DNA of 32,000 nucleotides from an uncultured archaeon (GCA_964496765.1 CAZCAP010000005.1:7721-39720); one strand, 5' to 3'; shown: positions 8,945-18,389, numbered from the stretch's first letter. Notes: a model not told the origin generated them from the sequence alone. Numbers and translations: made by a program.

Positions 8945-8966
8945 TCTAACTCCTTAAAATATTAAT

Positions 8967-9464
8967 TTATTCTGTTACTTCTGTTGGTGTTTCTTCCTTT
9001 TTTTGTTTTTTAATTGAGGTATGTGGCTTTTTATCTGGATTTGCTTCCTTATATATTTTTGCAGCAATTTTATCCATGTACTTTTGCCCAGCAGGAGTAA
9101 TAATTCTTCCTTTTTTATTTTCAGTAATCTTAATAAATCCTAGTTTTTCAAGATCCTGTAAAGCTGTTCTTATGATTTTACCACCAGCTTGTCTAAAAAT
9201 AGGAGGTCTTGTACCACGTCTTTTCTTTCCACCATAATAATTTCTAAGAGCGTTTACTGTTACGTGACCTTCAATGTATGTTTTTCTTAGGATAGAACCC
9301 ATTCTAACATACCACCAGTCTTCTCTAACTGGAGCTCTTTCTCTATGAGAGCCTGTTTTTACATAGGCAGTAAATTCAGGAGCTTTTACTTTTTTAGTGT
9401 CCTTAAGATCTTTTGCAATTTCTTCAATTAATGTACGTGCTTGTACATCGCTAATTGTTGTCAA
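8967..9464 (-). CDS. rps19e: Ribosomal protein S19e
   Basis: VKTGSHRERAPVREDWWYVRMGSILRKTYIEGHVTVNALRNYYGGKKRRGTRPPIFRQAGGKIIRTALQDLEKLGFI is a clear S19e signature. Confidence 0.96.
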   Translation of the reverse strand: MTTISDVQARTLIEEIAKDLKDTKKVKAPEFTAYVKTGSHRERAPVREDWWYVRMGSILRKTYIEGHVTVNALRNYYGGKKRRGTRPPIFRQAGGKIIRTALQDLEKLGFIKITENKKGRIITPAGQKYMDKIAAKIYKEANPDKKPHTSIKKQKKEETPTEVTE

Positions 9465-9587
9465 AGTTGTTCACCTCAAATTTTAAATTCAAATTTTGTA
9501 TTTTTTACTATAAAATAAGTTATATTTTATCTTAATATATAATATACGCATAGTTCTATTTAAATATGTTTCTTCAAGGACTTTTCT

Positions 9588-9899
9588 TCAAATACTTATC
9601 TTCTTTACGTAATTACAGGATAAACAATGAAGTGAAACATACTTTTTTGTTTTATGATTAATTTTATTTCTTATTATTCTTGTTTTTGTGTTGTTTAGAT
9701 CCCTTAGCTCATAGCAATTTTTACAAACTAGCATGTGTGTTTCCTTTGGAAATCTATAATTAATCTTTTTTGCAAGTTCAAATGCTAATTGCACATATCT
9801 CCTAATATATGGATTATTTTTTCTATTCTTTTTTTCAGAAATAGCGAAATCAATTAGGTAAGATATTTTTTTTCTAATTACATCTTTGTTTTTTACCAT
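9588..9899 (-). CDS. rnp4: RNase P protein component 4 (Rpr2/Rpp21-like)
   Basis: Short basic protein with a CKNC...CLSC zinc site and IRRYVQLAFELAKKINYRFPKETHMLVCKNC. Start placed at MVKNKD (9899), since the longer track ORF runs into the tRNA-Gly gene. Confidence 0.82.
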   Translation of the reverse strand: MVKNKDVIRKKISYLIDFAISEKKNRKNNPYIRRYVQLAFELAKKINYRFPKETHMLVCKNCYELRDLNNTKTRIIRNKINHKTKKYVSLHCLSCNYVKKISI

Positions 9900-9933
9900 A
9901 ATTTCTCCTTTCTTTAAATATTTAAAAGAGAAA

Positions 9934-10005
9934 TGCACCCGCCGAGAGTCGGACTCGGGCCGAAAGCTTGGCAAGCTCCCATACTAACCACTATACTACA
10001 GGTGC
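9934..10005 (-). tRNA. tRNA-Gly (anticodon GCC)
   Basis: Minus strand folds as GCACCTG TA GTAT..GTAT G GGAGC TTGCCAA GCTTT CGGC CCGAG TCCGACT CTCGG CGGGTGC A. No encoded CCA. Confidence 0.93.
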
Positions 10006-10063
10006 ATTACTTGAATAATAATATAATTAACATAAAAAATGTTTATAAATGTGTTGTCTTAGC

Positions 10064-11851
10064 TTAAATGTGAGTTAAATTTTCAACCTTCTTTTTTGGT
10101 TTAATTAACAGGAACGCAACTATCAGGATAATAAACAAAGCAAGCAGGATATATCCAGTGTATCCTCTACTGTTTGACTTTTCAAAAATTTTCATTTTAT
10201 TTAAATCCCCCCAAATAGAGTTTGAATCTAAATTACTATCATTAATTGAAGACAAATTACTATCTATTGATTCATCAATAACTTTAATTTCTTGGGTTGG
10301 ATAAACAAATATGCTTTTTGAATAATCATAGTCTCCAGAAATAATTAAATCCAAAGTGCAAGAATCTATTCTACTAAATACTTTTGTATAGGATTCTGGT
10401 TCATTTGATTGCATAATTGGAATGCTCTTGGATTCACTTGAAACAACCCCACAATAATTAAAGTCAAAATTTAAATTTTTAATTACATTTGTATGATTAA
10501 CAATGTCCATAGCTAAATATAATTTATTATCCTTAAAATAAAATATTGGTGGGAGCACAAAGAATGCTTCCTGATATAGCCCATCTGTTACATATACATT
10601 TACACTACCAGTCACATCATTGAATTGATTTGCTAAAATATAACTGTAATACATAGGACTATTTAAACTTGGAAGAATAAAATGATAAATTAATTCTTTA
10701 TCTTGAAAAGGATCTAAATATACTATCTCCTCACTATATCTTGGATATACTTGAGTAAATGAATCATGGGTTCTTAGAACAACAAGTGTTGCAAGAGGAT
10801 TTGCATTAGTGTTTTTAATATTTGCTTTGATTGTAAATGCACTATTTGTTTTCATATTTTCTGGAGAAGATAAATTTATGTTTAAAACATCTGAATAACC
10901 ATAGTCAGCATAACTCTTCTGAGTATTAATATTAAATGATTTAATTTTTTCTTGAAAATCAATATTAACTGTGCTCATGGTTGTTAGCCTGTCTTTTATG
11001 TCTTCTGGATCCTTTGATTTAGAAACAACGACGTGACTAGCATCCACTTGCCCTACCTCTCCATAGGTTGCATCAACAGGTATCCAATCATAACCAGGAA
11101 CATAGGCTTCTACCCAGGCATGTGCATCCCATGATAGAGTACTATTAGCATAGCCAGATACATATCTTGCTGGTATCCCTCTTGCTCTTAACAGGGCAGC
11201 AGTTAGATTTGCAAATTCATCACATACTCCTTTTCTTGTTGAAAGAACAGTTATTGAGTCCTCAATGCTATCTGAATAAATAGCATCATAAACAATATTT
11301 TGATGAACCCAATTGGTTATCTCTACAATCTCAGTAATAGCATCATTGCTTGTTTTAATTGCATTTGCTAGAGAAATGATCTCACTTCTATTTGATTGTA
11401 TATTTCGTGTTGGTTCTAGATATTCATTGTTATCAGTAATTGGATTTGTTAAATCGTATTTTGTTTTTGGGAGAATGATTTTATTTTCTGCTTTAATATT
11501 TGTATTAATATGAAAATCATATTTATAGCTATCAATGGTTTCAATCTCAAAAGTTGCAATATCATTCCCATATTCATCAGTTTCAATGGTTGCAGGAATT
11601 TTTGTGCCATGGGAATCAATATAATAAACATCACGAGAAACAATCTGAGATCTTTGATTAGAAAAAATAGGAGTTGTAAATGTAAATGAATTGTTTTCTT
11701 GATAGCTTGTAATTAGAATAGGCACAGTTAAATTAATATCAACATCTATCATTTTTGTTTTTATTGCATCAAAATTTAATTTTTGATCAGCAAACACAGT
11801 TGATGAAAATATAATTAATAATAGTAATATCAATATCTTAAATTTTTTCAT
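10064..11851 (-). CDS. Secreted/membrane-anchored transglutaminase-like domain protein
   Basis: 595 aa; N-terminal signal peptide (MKKFKILILLLLIIFSSTVFA), Cys-His-Asp core RKGVCDEFANLTAALLRARGIPARYVSGY / WDAHAWVEAYVPGYDWIPVDATYG, C-terminal TM helix and basic tail. Confidence 0.9.
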   Translation of the reverse strand: MKKFKILILLLLIIFSSTVFADQKLNFDAIKTKMIDVDINLTVPILITSYQENNSFTFTTPIFSNQRSQIVSRDVYYIDSHGTKIPATIETDEYGNDIATFEIETIDSYKYDFHINTNIKAENKIILPKTKYDLTNPITDNNEYLEPTRNIQSNRSEIISLANAIKTSNDAITEIVEITNWVHQNIVYDAIYSDSIEDSITVLSTRKGVCDEFANLTAALLRARGIPARYVSGYANSTLSWDAHAWVEAYVPGYDWIPVDATYGEVGQVDASHVVVSKSKDPEDIKDRLTTMSTVNIDFQEKIKSFNINTQKSYADYGYSDVLNINLSSPENMKTNSAFTIKANIKNTNANPLATLVVLRTHDSFTQVYPRYSEEIVYLDPFQDKELIYHFILPSLNSPMYYSYILANQFNDVTGSVNVYVTDGLYQEAFFVLPPIFYFKDNKLYLAMDIVNHTNVIKNLNFDFNYCGVVSSESKSIPIMQSNEPESYTKVFSRIDSCTLDLIISGDYDYSKSIFVYPTQEIKVIDESIDSNLSSINDSNLDSNSIWGDLNKMKIFEKSNSRGYTGYILLALFIILIVAFLLIKPKKKVENLTHI

Positions 11852-11921
11852 ATTTGTTCAAAAGTATATACAATAAAAAGATTTTTAAAGTAAATCAATA
11901 GAATATATTTCTTAAACTAAA

Positions 11922-12584
11922 GTGATTACTATGAAAACAAAGTATACAAACATTATTGTTATTGGAATTATATTGCTTGCAATAATTATTGGAATTTATT
12001 TCTACCCTGTGCTTCCTGATTCAATGGCAAGCCACTGGAACGGAAATGGGGTTGTTAATGGACACATGCCTAAATTCTGGGGTGTCTTTCTAATGCCTCT
12101 TATCCTCATTGGAATGTTCCTATTACTTAGGTATCTTCCAAAATTAGACCCACTCAGGAGAAATGTGGATGGTTTTATGGGACACTACAATATATTCATA
12201 ATTATTTTCGCATTATTTTTATTTTATATATATGTATTAACATTATTTTTTAATATTTATACAAACGCACAAAACATGTTTATTTATTTTGCACCAGCAT
12301 TTGCAATCCTGATCTACTATTGCGGTATATTAATATCCAATGCAAAAAGAAATTGGTTTATTGGAATTAGAAATCCATGGACATTATCTTCTGATTATGT
12401 GTGGAAGGAAACACATAGACTGGGAGGAGTTTTATTTAAGTTAGTTGCAATCTTAAGTCTAGTAGGTGTATTCTTACCTCAACTTGCTATGTGGTTCATA
12501 TTGATTCCCATATTAATTGCTGTTATAGGAATTATGATATATTCATATATGGTTTATAAAAAAGAGAACACAATTAAAAAATAA
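11922..12584 (+). CDS. SdpI/DUF1648-like membrane protein
   Basis: 220 aa; PDSMASHWNGNGVVNGHMPK (DUF1648-like) and GIRNPWTLSSDYVWKETHRLGGVLFKL (SdpI-like signature), multiple TM helices. Confidence 0.88.
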   Translation: MITMKTKYTNIIVIGIILLAIIIGIYFYPVLPDSMASHWNGNGVVNGHMPKFWGVFLMPLILIGMFLLLRYLPKLDPLRRNVDGFMGHYNIFIIIFALFLFYIYVLTLFFNIYTNAQNMFIYFAPAFAILIYYCGILISNAKRNWFIGIRNPWTLSSDYVWKETHRLGGVLFKLVAILSLVGVFLPQLAMWFILIPILIAVIGIMIYSYMVYKKENTIKK

Positions 12585-12586
12585 AG

Positions 12587-12668
12587 TGCAAGGGACAGGA
12601 TTCGAACCTGCGAAGCACTAAGCACACGGTCCTTAGCCGTGTCCCTTTGACCGCTCGGGAACCCCTGC
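12587..12668 (-). tRNA. tRNA-Leu (anticodon AAG as read)
   Basis: Type II tRNA with long variable arm; acceptor GCAGGGG/CCCTTGC + A73; anticodon arm CACGG-CTAAGGA-CCGTG; T arm CAGG-TTCGAAT-CCTG. Confidence 0.9.
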
Positions 12669-12765
12669 ATTAGCCTTTCTTAAGAAGAAAGCCTATGAAA
12701 AGAAACTATTTCTTTTGGATACTAGAAAATCTTAATTAAAAAAAATTAAAGAAATACGATAAAAG

Positions 12766-12838
12766 TGGTCCTAAGCGGATTCGAACCGCTGATTCTCACC
12801 TTGTAAGGGTGATGTCATAACCGCTAGACCATAGGACC
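12766..12838 (-). tRNA. tRNA-Val (anticodon TAC)
   Basis: Acceptor GGTCCTA/TAGGACC + A73; anticodon arm TCACC-CTTACAA-GGTGA; T arm GCGG-TTCGAAT-CCGC. Confidence 0.94.
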
Positions 12839-13009
12839 AATCTATACTTAATATAAACTTATGAACTAAAAGTAATTTAAATATGTTGGTTTTCAAAAAA
12901 CTAAAATTTTGGAAAAAGAAAAGGTTTAAATACATAATATCTTAATATATATACCTTTTAATAATAGGAGATAATAACTAAAAACTCAAAAAAAATAGGT
13001 GAGACTTAG

Positions 13010-13408
13010 ATGTTTAATAAACAATATATAACAAAACTAATTGGGGCGTTCATATTTGTATTTGGTTTGTTTTTTTTATTACTTGCCATCACAAATATAT
13101 TCAATGAAGTTGAATTCATAAAAGAATATAATCAATGTATAACAGTTGCTGATTATACTCCAGAAATACTAGATACCTGTAAAATAAATGTATCCAGCGG
13201 ACTTAACATTGTAATTAGAGCTAATCAGGTTGAACTAGCAACTGGACAGTATCTAAGAGTATTCTTTTGGCAAATAATACAAATACTATTCGCAGTAATT
13301 CTACTCATTGTTGGTGATTACATCTATCTTTCAAGAAAGAAAGAAGAAGTACCACAGCGAAAACCAATATTTGTTAAAAAGAAAACAGTAAAAAAGAAAA
13401 GAAGATAA
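13010..13408 (+). CDS. Small membrane protein, two predicted TM helices, unknown function
   Basis: 132 aa; TM-like LIGAFIFVFGLFFLLLAITNIF and FFWQIIQILFAVILLIVGDYIYL, then a highly basic tail. Confidence 0.7.
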   Translation: MFNKQYITKLIGAFIFVFGLFFLLLAITNIFNEVEFIKEYNQCITVADYTPEILDTCKINVSSGLNIVIRANQVELATGQYLRVFFWQIIQILFAVILLIVGDYIYLSRKKEEVPQRKPIFVKKKTVKKKRR

Positions 13409-13420
13409 ATTAATCTTCTT
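13399..13420. terminator. Candidate bidirectional terminator between convergent genes
   Basis: AAGAAGAT-AAATTA-ATCTTCTT perfect 8-bp arms at the junction of the + ORF ending at 13408 and dnaG (-) ending at 13436; pyrimidine-rich tract follows on the + strand. Confidence 0.45.
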
Positions 13421-13435
13421 CTCTTATCTTTTATT

Positions 13436-15325
13436 TTATTTAAGTTCATCAAATGTAACTATATTTATTTCTTTATCATTCTTAATGGATGTTTTTGGAG
13501 ATACAAGGAACTTAACTCCCTTCTCCTTAGATACATCAATTAATTCATTTGATAGAGGCATGTCTGTTACAATTGCATAAATCTTATTGGGCTTGAATCC
13601 TTCAAGCTTAGAAAGTAGATCTTCATTCTTTGAAGAACCAATTCTCCTAAACTTTTCATTTAGGATCTTGGTTTGTCCCTTATTATCCCCTTCATTAACA
13701 ATTTCAGAAAGTGATTGCTTAATCTTGTCTGTTAATTTAGGAAGAACAACCTGTTTTTTAGGTTCTGTTTTTTTTGGTTTTGGTTCTTTCTCTTTAACTA
13801 CTTCTTTTTCTAGGACTGGTGCATTCACTACAATTGGATCATTTATTTTTGTAGTATAGGCATCAACTTCCACAGAACTAAAATCAGTAATTTTTTTTGA
13901 ATCTATAGCAGTTATCTTTTTTTCATCATAATTTGATTGTGGAGAAATTATACCAACTAATTCTTTAGGGATAGAAGTTGCGTCATCTGCTTGAATTGGT
14001 TTAGAAAAATTATTAGAATCCCTATTAAATGGTTTTCTGAAATCATCACGTTTTTGGAAACCACCATCTCTTCTTTGGAAATTATTATCCTTTCTAAATG
14101 AATCTCTGTTTCCTGAATTATTTCTATCTCTACTGAAGTTCCCTCCACTACTACGGTTGTCTCTTCCTCCAAATCCTCTTGGACTTGCAGAAACATCTAC
14201 TCTTTCAACATTTGGGATACTTGACAGTATACTATCAAATTCATTTTTTTTGAAATCATCTCTTGGTGCTGAAGAAGTATGTTCATAGCGAGAAGGAGTG
14301 TTTTCACGATGTGGTTGATAACTACCTGCAGTTTCTTCTCTTCTTTGTCCAAATGCAAGTGGTTTTATTATTTTATGTTCATTTGTTGCAGAAAATTTAG
14401 TTTGTTTTACTAAATTTGGAATTGAAGCTGTTGTAACAGCTGGTGTTTCATTATCTACTGGAGTTGATGTTCCTGAAACAGGACTAGGAAATCTTTGTTT
14501 GTTTAGATCAATATATCCTGCTTTAATCTTTCTTCTTAGAGCCTGATTAATTTCCTTTTGAGTTAGTTCTTCAACTTCTTTACCATCTGGTGCTCTTGAA
14601 ATAAAATCAACCTTCATATACTTAAGTAATTGAGATTGTTGTATTTCTCCTCCATGATCTCCATCAAGGAAAAGAGTAACAGTCTTACCCTTACAAATAT
14701 CAGATAATGATCTTGGTATTCTTGCACCACCAGTTGAAATTACATTTGTAAAACCATACCTTAGCATGTTAATTACGTCTGCTCTTCCTTCAACAACAAT
14801 AACTTCCTTACTTGAACCTATTGTTGGACCAGCAGGAAGCTTATCAGGACCATAGAGAATAATATCCTTTGTTTTAAATAATTCCTGTATTTCGTCCATA
14901 AGCTCTTTAGTATCAGGTATCTCTTCCTGCATAACCTTACCAAGAAGCTCAATTGCTCTTTCTTTAATTTGTTTTCTTTTAAGACCTCTTGTGTCTTCAA
15001 TTTGTTTAATTATAAAGAAGGTATCACATGGACCAACCTTATCAATGGTTTCTATTGCAGCACCAATTATTGCTGTTTCAACCATGGATAGAGAACAAGG
15101 TAGTTTTAATGTTCCTGTTGTTTTATTGTTTGAATGGTTGACTGTGATTTCTATTCTTCCAATCTTTCCATTCTGTTGAAGTTCTTTTATATCAAGCTGT
15201 GATCCTAAAAGTCCTTCTGATTGTCCAAAGATAGCACCAATAACATCTGGTCTCTCTACTAATCCCTGAACCTCAAAATCCGCAACAATCAAGTATTTGA
15301 TTGTTTCTAAATAGGTTTTACCCAT
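13436..15325 (-). CDS. dnaG: Archaeal DnaG primase-like TOPRIM protein with long low-complexity linker
   Basis: 629 aa; KYLIVADFEVQGLVERPDVIGAIFGQSEGLLG, TOPRIM IVVEGRADVINMLRYG...VTLFLDGDHGG, Arg/Asn/Gly-rich linker, conserved-looking C-terminal domain. Confidence 0.93.
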   Translation of the reverse strand: MGKTYLETIKYLIVADFEVQGLVERPDVIGAIFGQSEGLLGSQLDIKELQQNGKIGRIEITVNHSNNKTTGTLKLPCSLSMVETAIIGAAIETIDKVGPCDTFFIIKQIEDTRGLKRKQIKERAIELLGKVMQEEIPDTKELMDEIQELFKTKDIILYGPDKLPAGPTIGSSKEVIVVEGRADVINMLRYGFTNVISTGGARIPRSLSDICKGKTVTLFLDGDHGGEIQQSQLLKYMKVDFISRAPDGKEVEELTQKEINQALRRKIKAGYIDLNKQRFPSPVSGTSTPVDNETPAVTTASIPNLVKQTKFSATNEHKIIKPLAFGQRREETAGSYQPHRENTPSRYEHTSSAPRDDFKKNEFDSILSSIPNVERVDVSASPRGFGGRDNRSSGGNFSRDRNNSGNRDSFRKDNNFQRRDGGFQKRDDFRKPFNRDSNNFSKPIQADDATSIPKELVGIISPQSNYDEKKITAIDSKKITDFSSVEVDAYTTKINDPIVVNAPVLEKEVVKEKEPKPKKTEPKKQVVLPKLTDKIKQSLSEIVNEGDNKGQTKILNEKFRRIGSSKNEDLLSKLEGFKPNKIYAIVTDMPLSNELIDVSKEKGVKFLVSPKTSIKNDKEINIVTFDELK

Positions 15326-15439
15326 AATTCATTCACCTGTTTAATTATATCTTGTTATTTAATCTAATGAAACAGGAATTTAATTCATATTTTAAAAATA
15401 GTTAGGTTTCAAAATAAAAATAGTATATGCATCTGGAAT

Positions 15440-15676
15440 TTATAGAATTTCAATAATCTTGTGATGACTCTTCTCACCTTTGATTATCTTTATTCCATAT
15501 CCATTTTCTTTAAAAAGCTCTACTAGTCTTCTATTGGCCTTCCCATCCACAGGGATCGCCTTTAATCTGACTTTAAGCTTTTTGCCTTCAAGTAATTCAA
15601 TCTCATTTTTCTTTGAATTACATATTACATTAACTTCTAAAATCTCACCTTTTTGGAAGTTAATTTTTTTTTGCAT
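15440..15676 (-). CDS. DUF167 / YggU-family protein
   Basis: 78 aa; LKVRLKAIPVDGKANRRLVELFKENG......IKIIKGEKSHHKII is the DUF167 signature. Confidence 0.88.
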   Translation of the reverse strand: MQKKINFQKGEILEVNVICNSKKNEIELLEGKKLKVRLKAIPVDGKANRRLVELFKENGYGIKIIKGEKSHHKIIEIL

Positions 15677-15889
15677 ATCACTTTATTTTGATTAATTATA
15701 ACTATTTTCAAATTATTAAATTCTGTTCTATAAAGATTTAACTTATTCCTTAAATTTTATATTTATTTTAAAAAAACAAATAAAAATATAAACTTAATTT
15801 CCATTATTATATTATATAATGAAACAAAATGTTTATAAAATAGTGGAATAACGTATATACTATATTAGTTAAAAAGGGAAAGAGAATTT

Positions 15890-16288
15890 ATGAAAAACAA
15901 AGCAAAAGGATCAAACGCTGAAAGAGAGCTTCTTCTTATGTTCTTTAAAGAGGGATTTGGAGTATCTAGGGTTGCTGGATCAGGTTCCTCCCAATTACCC
16001 ACACCAGACATTATTGCCTGTAGGAAAGGTAGGTGTGTAGCCATTGAATGTAAGACAAAAAGTGGGGAATATTTAAATATTAGGCCTGAACAGGTTGAAG
16101 AACTAAGAATATGGGAAGATATGGCTTCATTTCCTGCATATGTGGCCTGGAGACTAGGAAAGGATAAATGGTACTTTATTTCTCACAAAGATCTTAATAA
16201 AACAAAGAAAGCCTATTCCATAAAAAAGGAAGAAATTATGGAAAAGGGAATGGATTTTAAAGCATTTATAAACCTTCTGACTCATTAA
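15890..16288 (+). CDS. hjc: Holliday junction resolvase Hjc
   Basis: 132 aa; KGSNAERELLLMFFKEGFGVSRVAGSGSSQLPTPDIIACRKGRCVAIECKTK. Confidence 0.94.
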   Translation: MKNKAKGSNAERELLLMFFKEGFGVSRVAGSGSSQLPTPDIIACRKGRCVAIECKTKSGEYLNIRPEQVEELRIWEDMASFPAYVAWRLGKDKWYFISHKDLNKTKKAYSIKKEEIMEKGMDFKAFINLLTH

Positions 16289-16340
16289 TATATATTAAGG
16301 TAAACTCTTTTTTTAATATTAAAAATAAGGTAGAATAAAT

Positions 16341-16478
16341 ATGTATATGGAACTTGAAGAAATCATAAATGCTCTTGAAAGAGAGGCAAAAAAAGAAAAA
16401 GGACTTAAAAATAAATGCCTCTATGATACATCAATTTCTGCTTTAAAAGAACTAAAAGATAGAAAATTAGATAAATAA
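16341..16478 (+). CDS. Small ORF (45 aa), unknown function
   Basis: Not in track. MYMELEEIINALEREAKKEKGLKNKCLYDTSISALKELKDRKLDK; converges with pth2, ending 2 nt before it. Confidence 0.35.
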   Translation: MYMELEEIINALEREAKKEKGLKNKCLYDTSISALKELKDRKLDK

Positions 16479-16480
16479 AG

Positions 16481-16828
16481 TTATAATAATTTATATTTTG
16501 CTGTGAATTTATCAACTTCACTTTCTTTAATAGGACCTATTCCAATGCAAGTGAAATCAGGAGCTGGTAATTGAGTGTGAGCTGCATCTTTTATTAGAAC
16601 AGCAGTTAATTGATTTTTCACTTCTTGAAAGAGAGCAAGTAGTTCTTCTCTTGATTCAATTTTGAGCACAACTTTTTTTTGGCCTTCATCAAGCCAGGCT
16701 TCTGCAACCTTTGGATTTCTTTTAGAAGTTAGAATGTAGGATTCAACTGCTGCATGTGAGACCTGGGCAGCAATCTTGCCTTTCCCAAGTTTCAAATCAT
16801 TTCTAAAAATAATAACTTGTTTGTACAT
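16481..16828 (-). CDS. pth2: Peptidyl-tRNA hydrolase, archaeal/eukaryal type (Pth2)
   Basis: 115 aa; VIIFRNDLKLGKGKIAAQVSHAAVESY...WLDEGQKKVVLKIESREELL....DAAHTQLPAPDFTCIGIGP. Confidence 0.95.
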   Translation of the reverse strand: MYKQVIIFRNDLKLGKGKIAAQVSHAAVESYILTSKRNPKVAEAWLDEGQKKVVLKIESREELLALFQEVKNQLTAVLIKDAAHTQLPAPDFTCIGIGPIKESEVDKFTAKYKLL

Positions 16829-16880
16829 ATATTTTAATTGAATTCATTTATATTTGTTAAGATTTAAAAAAATAGATGAA

Positions 16881-17255
16881 TTATTCATCTATTGAATCAA
16901 GCTTTGTTAGAACAACATCAGAAGCTTCAAGTCCTAAATAGGTAACCTTCCAGGTTGTGTGATTTTTACCCCACATTGAAGTAATTTCTTTTGTTTCATT
17001 AATTGTAAGCTCAGTATTGTACTCATAGCCCTTGTGCTCGTTCTTAACCATGTACAATCTATCATATTCCATGATTATGTGCTTAGGATTTGCATGAACA
17101 ACCTTGAAGATGTTCTTTCCTCCATCCTCTTCAAACTCTTCATTAAGTTCAACATAAACAACCTTGTCTTCGAACTTGTTGTTTTTTGGTCTTTCCATGT
17201 CTGTTATTTTTCTTATTAAATGTATTTTTATTTCCATAATATTCATCTTCTCCAA
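16881..17255 (-). CDS. Hypothetical protein (up to 124 aa)
   Basis: ORF between pth2 and kae1 on the same strand; several possible start codons; no recognised motif. Confidence 0.55.
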   Translation of the reverse strand: MEKMNIMEIKIHLIRKITDMERPKNNKFEDKVVYVELNEEFEEDGGKNIFKVVHANPKHIIMEYDRLYMVKNEHKGYEYNTELTINETKEITSMWGKNHTTWKVTYLGLEASDVVLTKLDSIDE

Positions 17256-17321
17256 AATTCATTCCTATAAATATCTTATTGTTTGCTATAAAGAAGTAGA
17301 CAAATATATTTTTAAATATAT

Positions 17322-18323
17322 TTACCAGGTTATATTCACCTGATCAGTCCTAAATAGAGGATTAATTATGGTTTCTTTAAGATCCTGTGCACCATCAGCA
17401 AGATAATGTTTAAGCCCCAAATCTGCAATCATCACACCATTATCTAAGCAAACCTGGAAAGGAGGGATGTATAATTTAATACCTCTCTGATCACAGAACT
17501 TAATTAGCATCTCTTCTAGTGCTTTACTTGCTGCAACCCCCCCAATAACCATGAGTTCTTTCTTTTTTGTGTAGGATATACCTCTTTCAGAGACTTCAAG
17601 AAGCATTGCATAGGCTGTGTGCATGAAAGAATAAACTAAATCTTCTTTTTTCACCTTACCAATAAGCTTGGTTGCTGATGTTAATAACCCAGAAAAAACT
17701 ATATCCATTCCCTTAACTGAATAGGGAAGATCAATATAGTTATTAGATTCAAAATAGACCTTATCTAAGATTGGTCCACCTGGAAATCCATAACCTAATT
17801 CTCTTGCAAATGAATCAAATAGATTACCAATTCCAATATCTAATGTTTCACCTAAAATTTTATATTTATTATCATCTAAAGCAATTATTTGAGTGTTTGC
17901 TCCACTTGTGTAGATAACAAGTGGATCCTTAGCTTTCATTAATGTTTTTCCTATTTCAATGTGTGCAACACAATGATTAACTCCAACAATTGGTTTATTA
18001 TATTTAATTGATAATGTTCTTGCAAAAGTAGCACCCACTGATAAACAAGGACCTAGACCAGGGCCTTGAGCAAACGAGATAACTGAAATATCTTTCATTT
18101 TTAATTTTGCAATTGTTAATGCTTCCTTTAGAACATCAATAGCATTTGAATAATGAAATTGAGCTGCATCAAATGGTTTAATACCCTTGTCTGGTTGCTT
18201 GTATTGTTTTTTTACATTTGCAAGAATGATTCCATTAGAATCAATAATACCTATACCAAAGGTGTGAGCAGTTGATTCAATTCCAAGAGATATTAATCTT
18301 TCTTGTTTTTGTTTAGAAACCAT
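17322..18323 (-). CDS. kae1: tRNA N6-threonylcarbamoyladenosine transferase Kae1
   Basis: 333 aa; LGIESTAHTFGIGI, SFAQGPGLGPCLSVGATFARTLS, GVNHCVAHIEIG and VIGGVAASKALEEM. No Bud32 fusion. Confidence 0.96.
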   Translation of the reverse strand: MVSKQKQERLISLGIESTAHTFGIGIIDSNGIILANVKKQYKQPDKGIKPFDAAQFHYSNAIDVLKEALTIAKLKMKDISVISFAQGPGLGPCLSVGATFARTLSIKYNKPIVGVNHCVAHIEIGKTLMKAKDPLVIYTSGANTQIIALDDNKYKILGETLDIGIGNLFDSFARELGYGFPGGPILDKVYFESNNYIDLPYSVKGMDIVFSGLLTSATKLIGKVKKEDLVYSFMHTAYAMLLEVSERGISYTKKKELMVIGGVAASKALEEMLIKFCDQRGIKLYIPPFQVCLDNGVMIADLGLKHYLADGAQDLKETIINPLFRTDQVNITW

Positions 18324-18389
18324 AATTATAATATAGATTAGAAGAATTTAAAAAATGAAAAGAAAAAGAAAGATAATAGAAATAATTAT

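Noticed and set aside
9900-9974. N-terminal 25 aa extension of the RNase P component ORF
   Set aside because: The extension is translated from the tRNA-Gly 3' region; start at 9899 (MVKNKD) is more plausible.
17291-17317. Duplicated AAATATATTT near the kae1 stop
   Set aside because: Simple AT-rich repetition expected in this genome composition.
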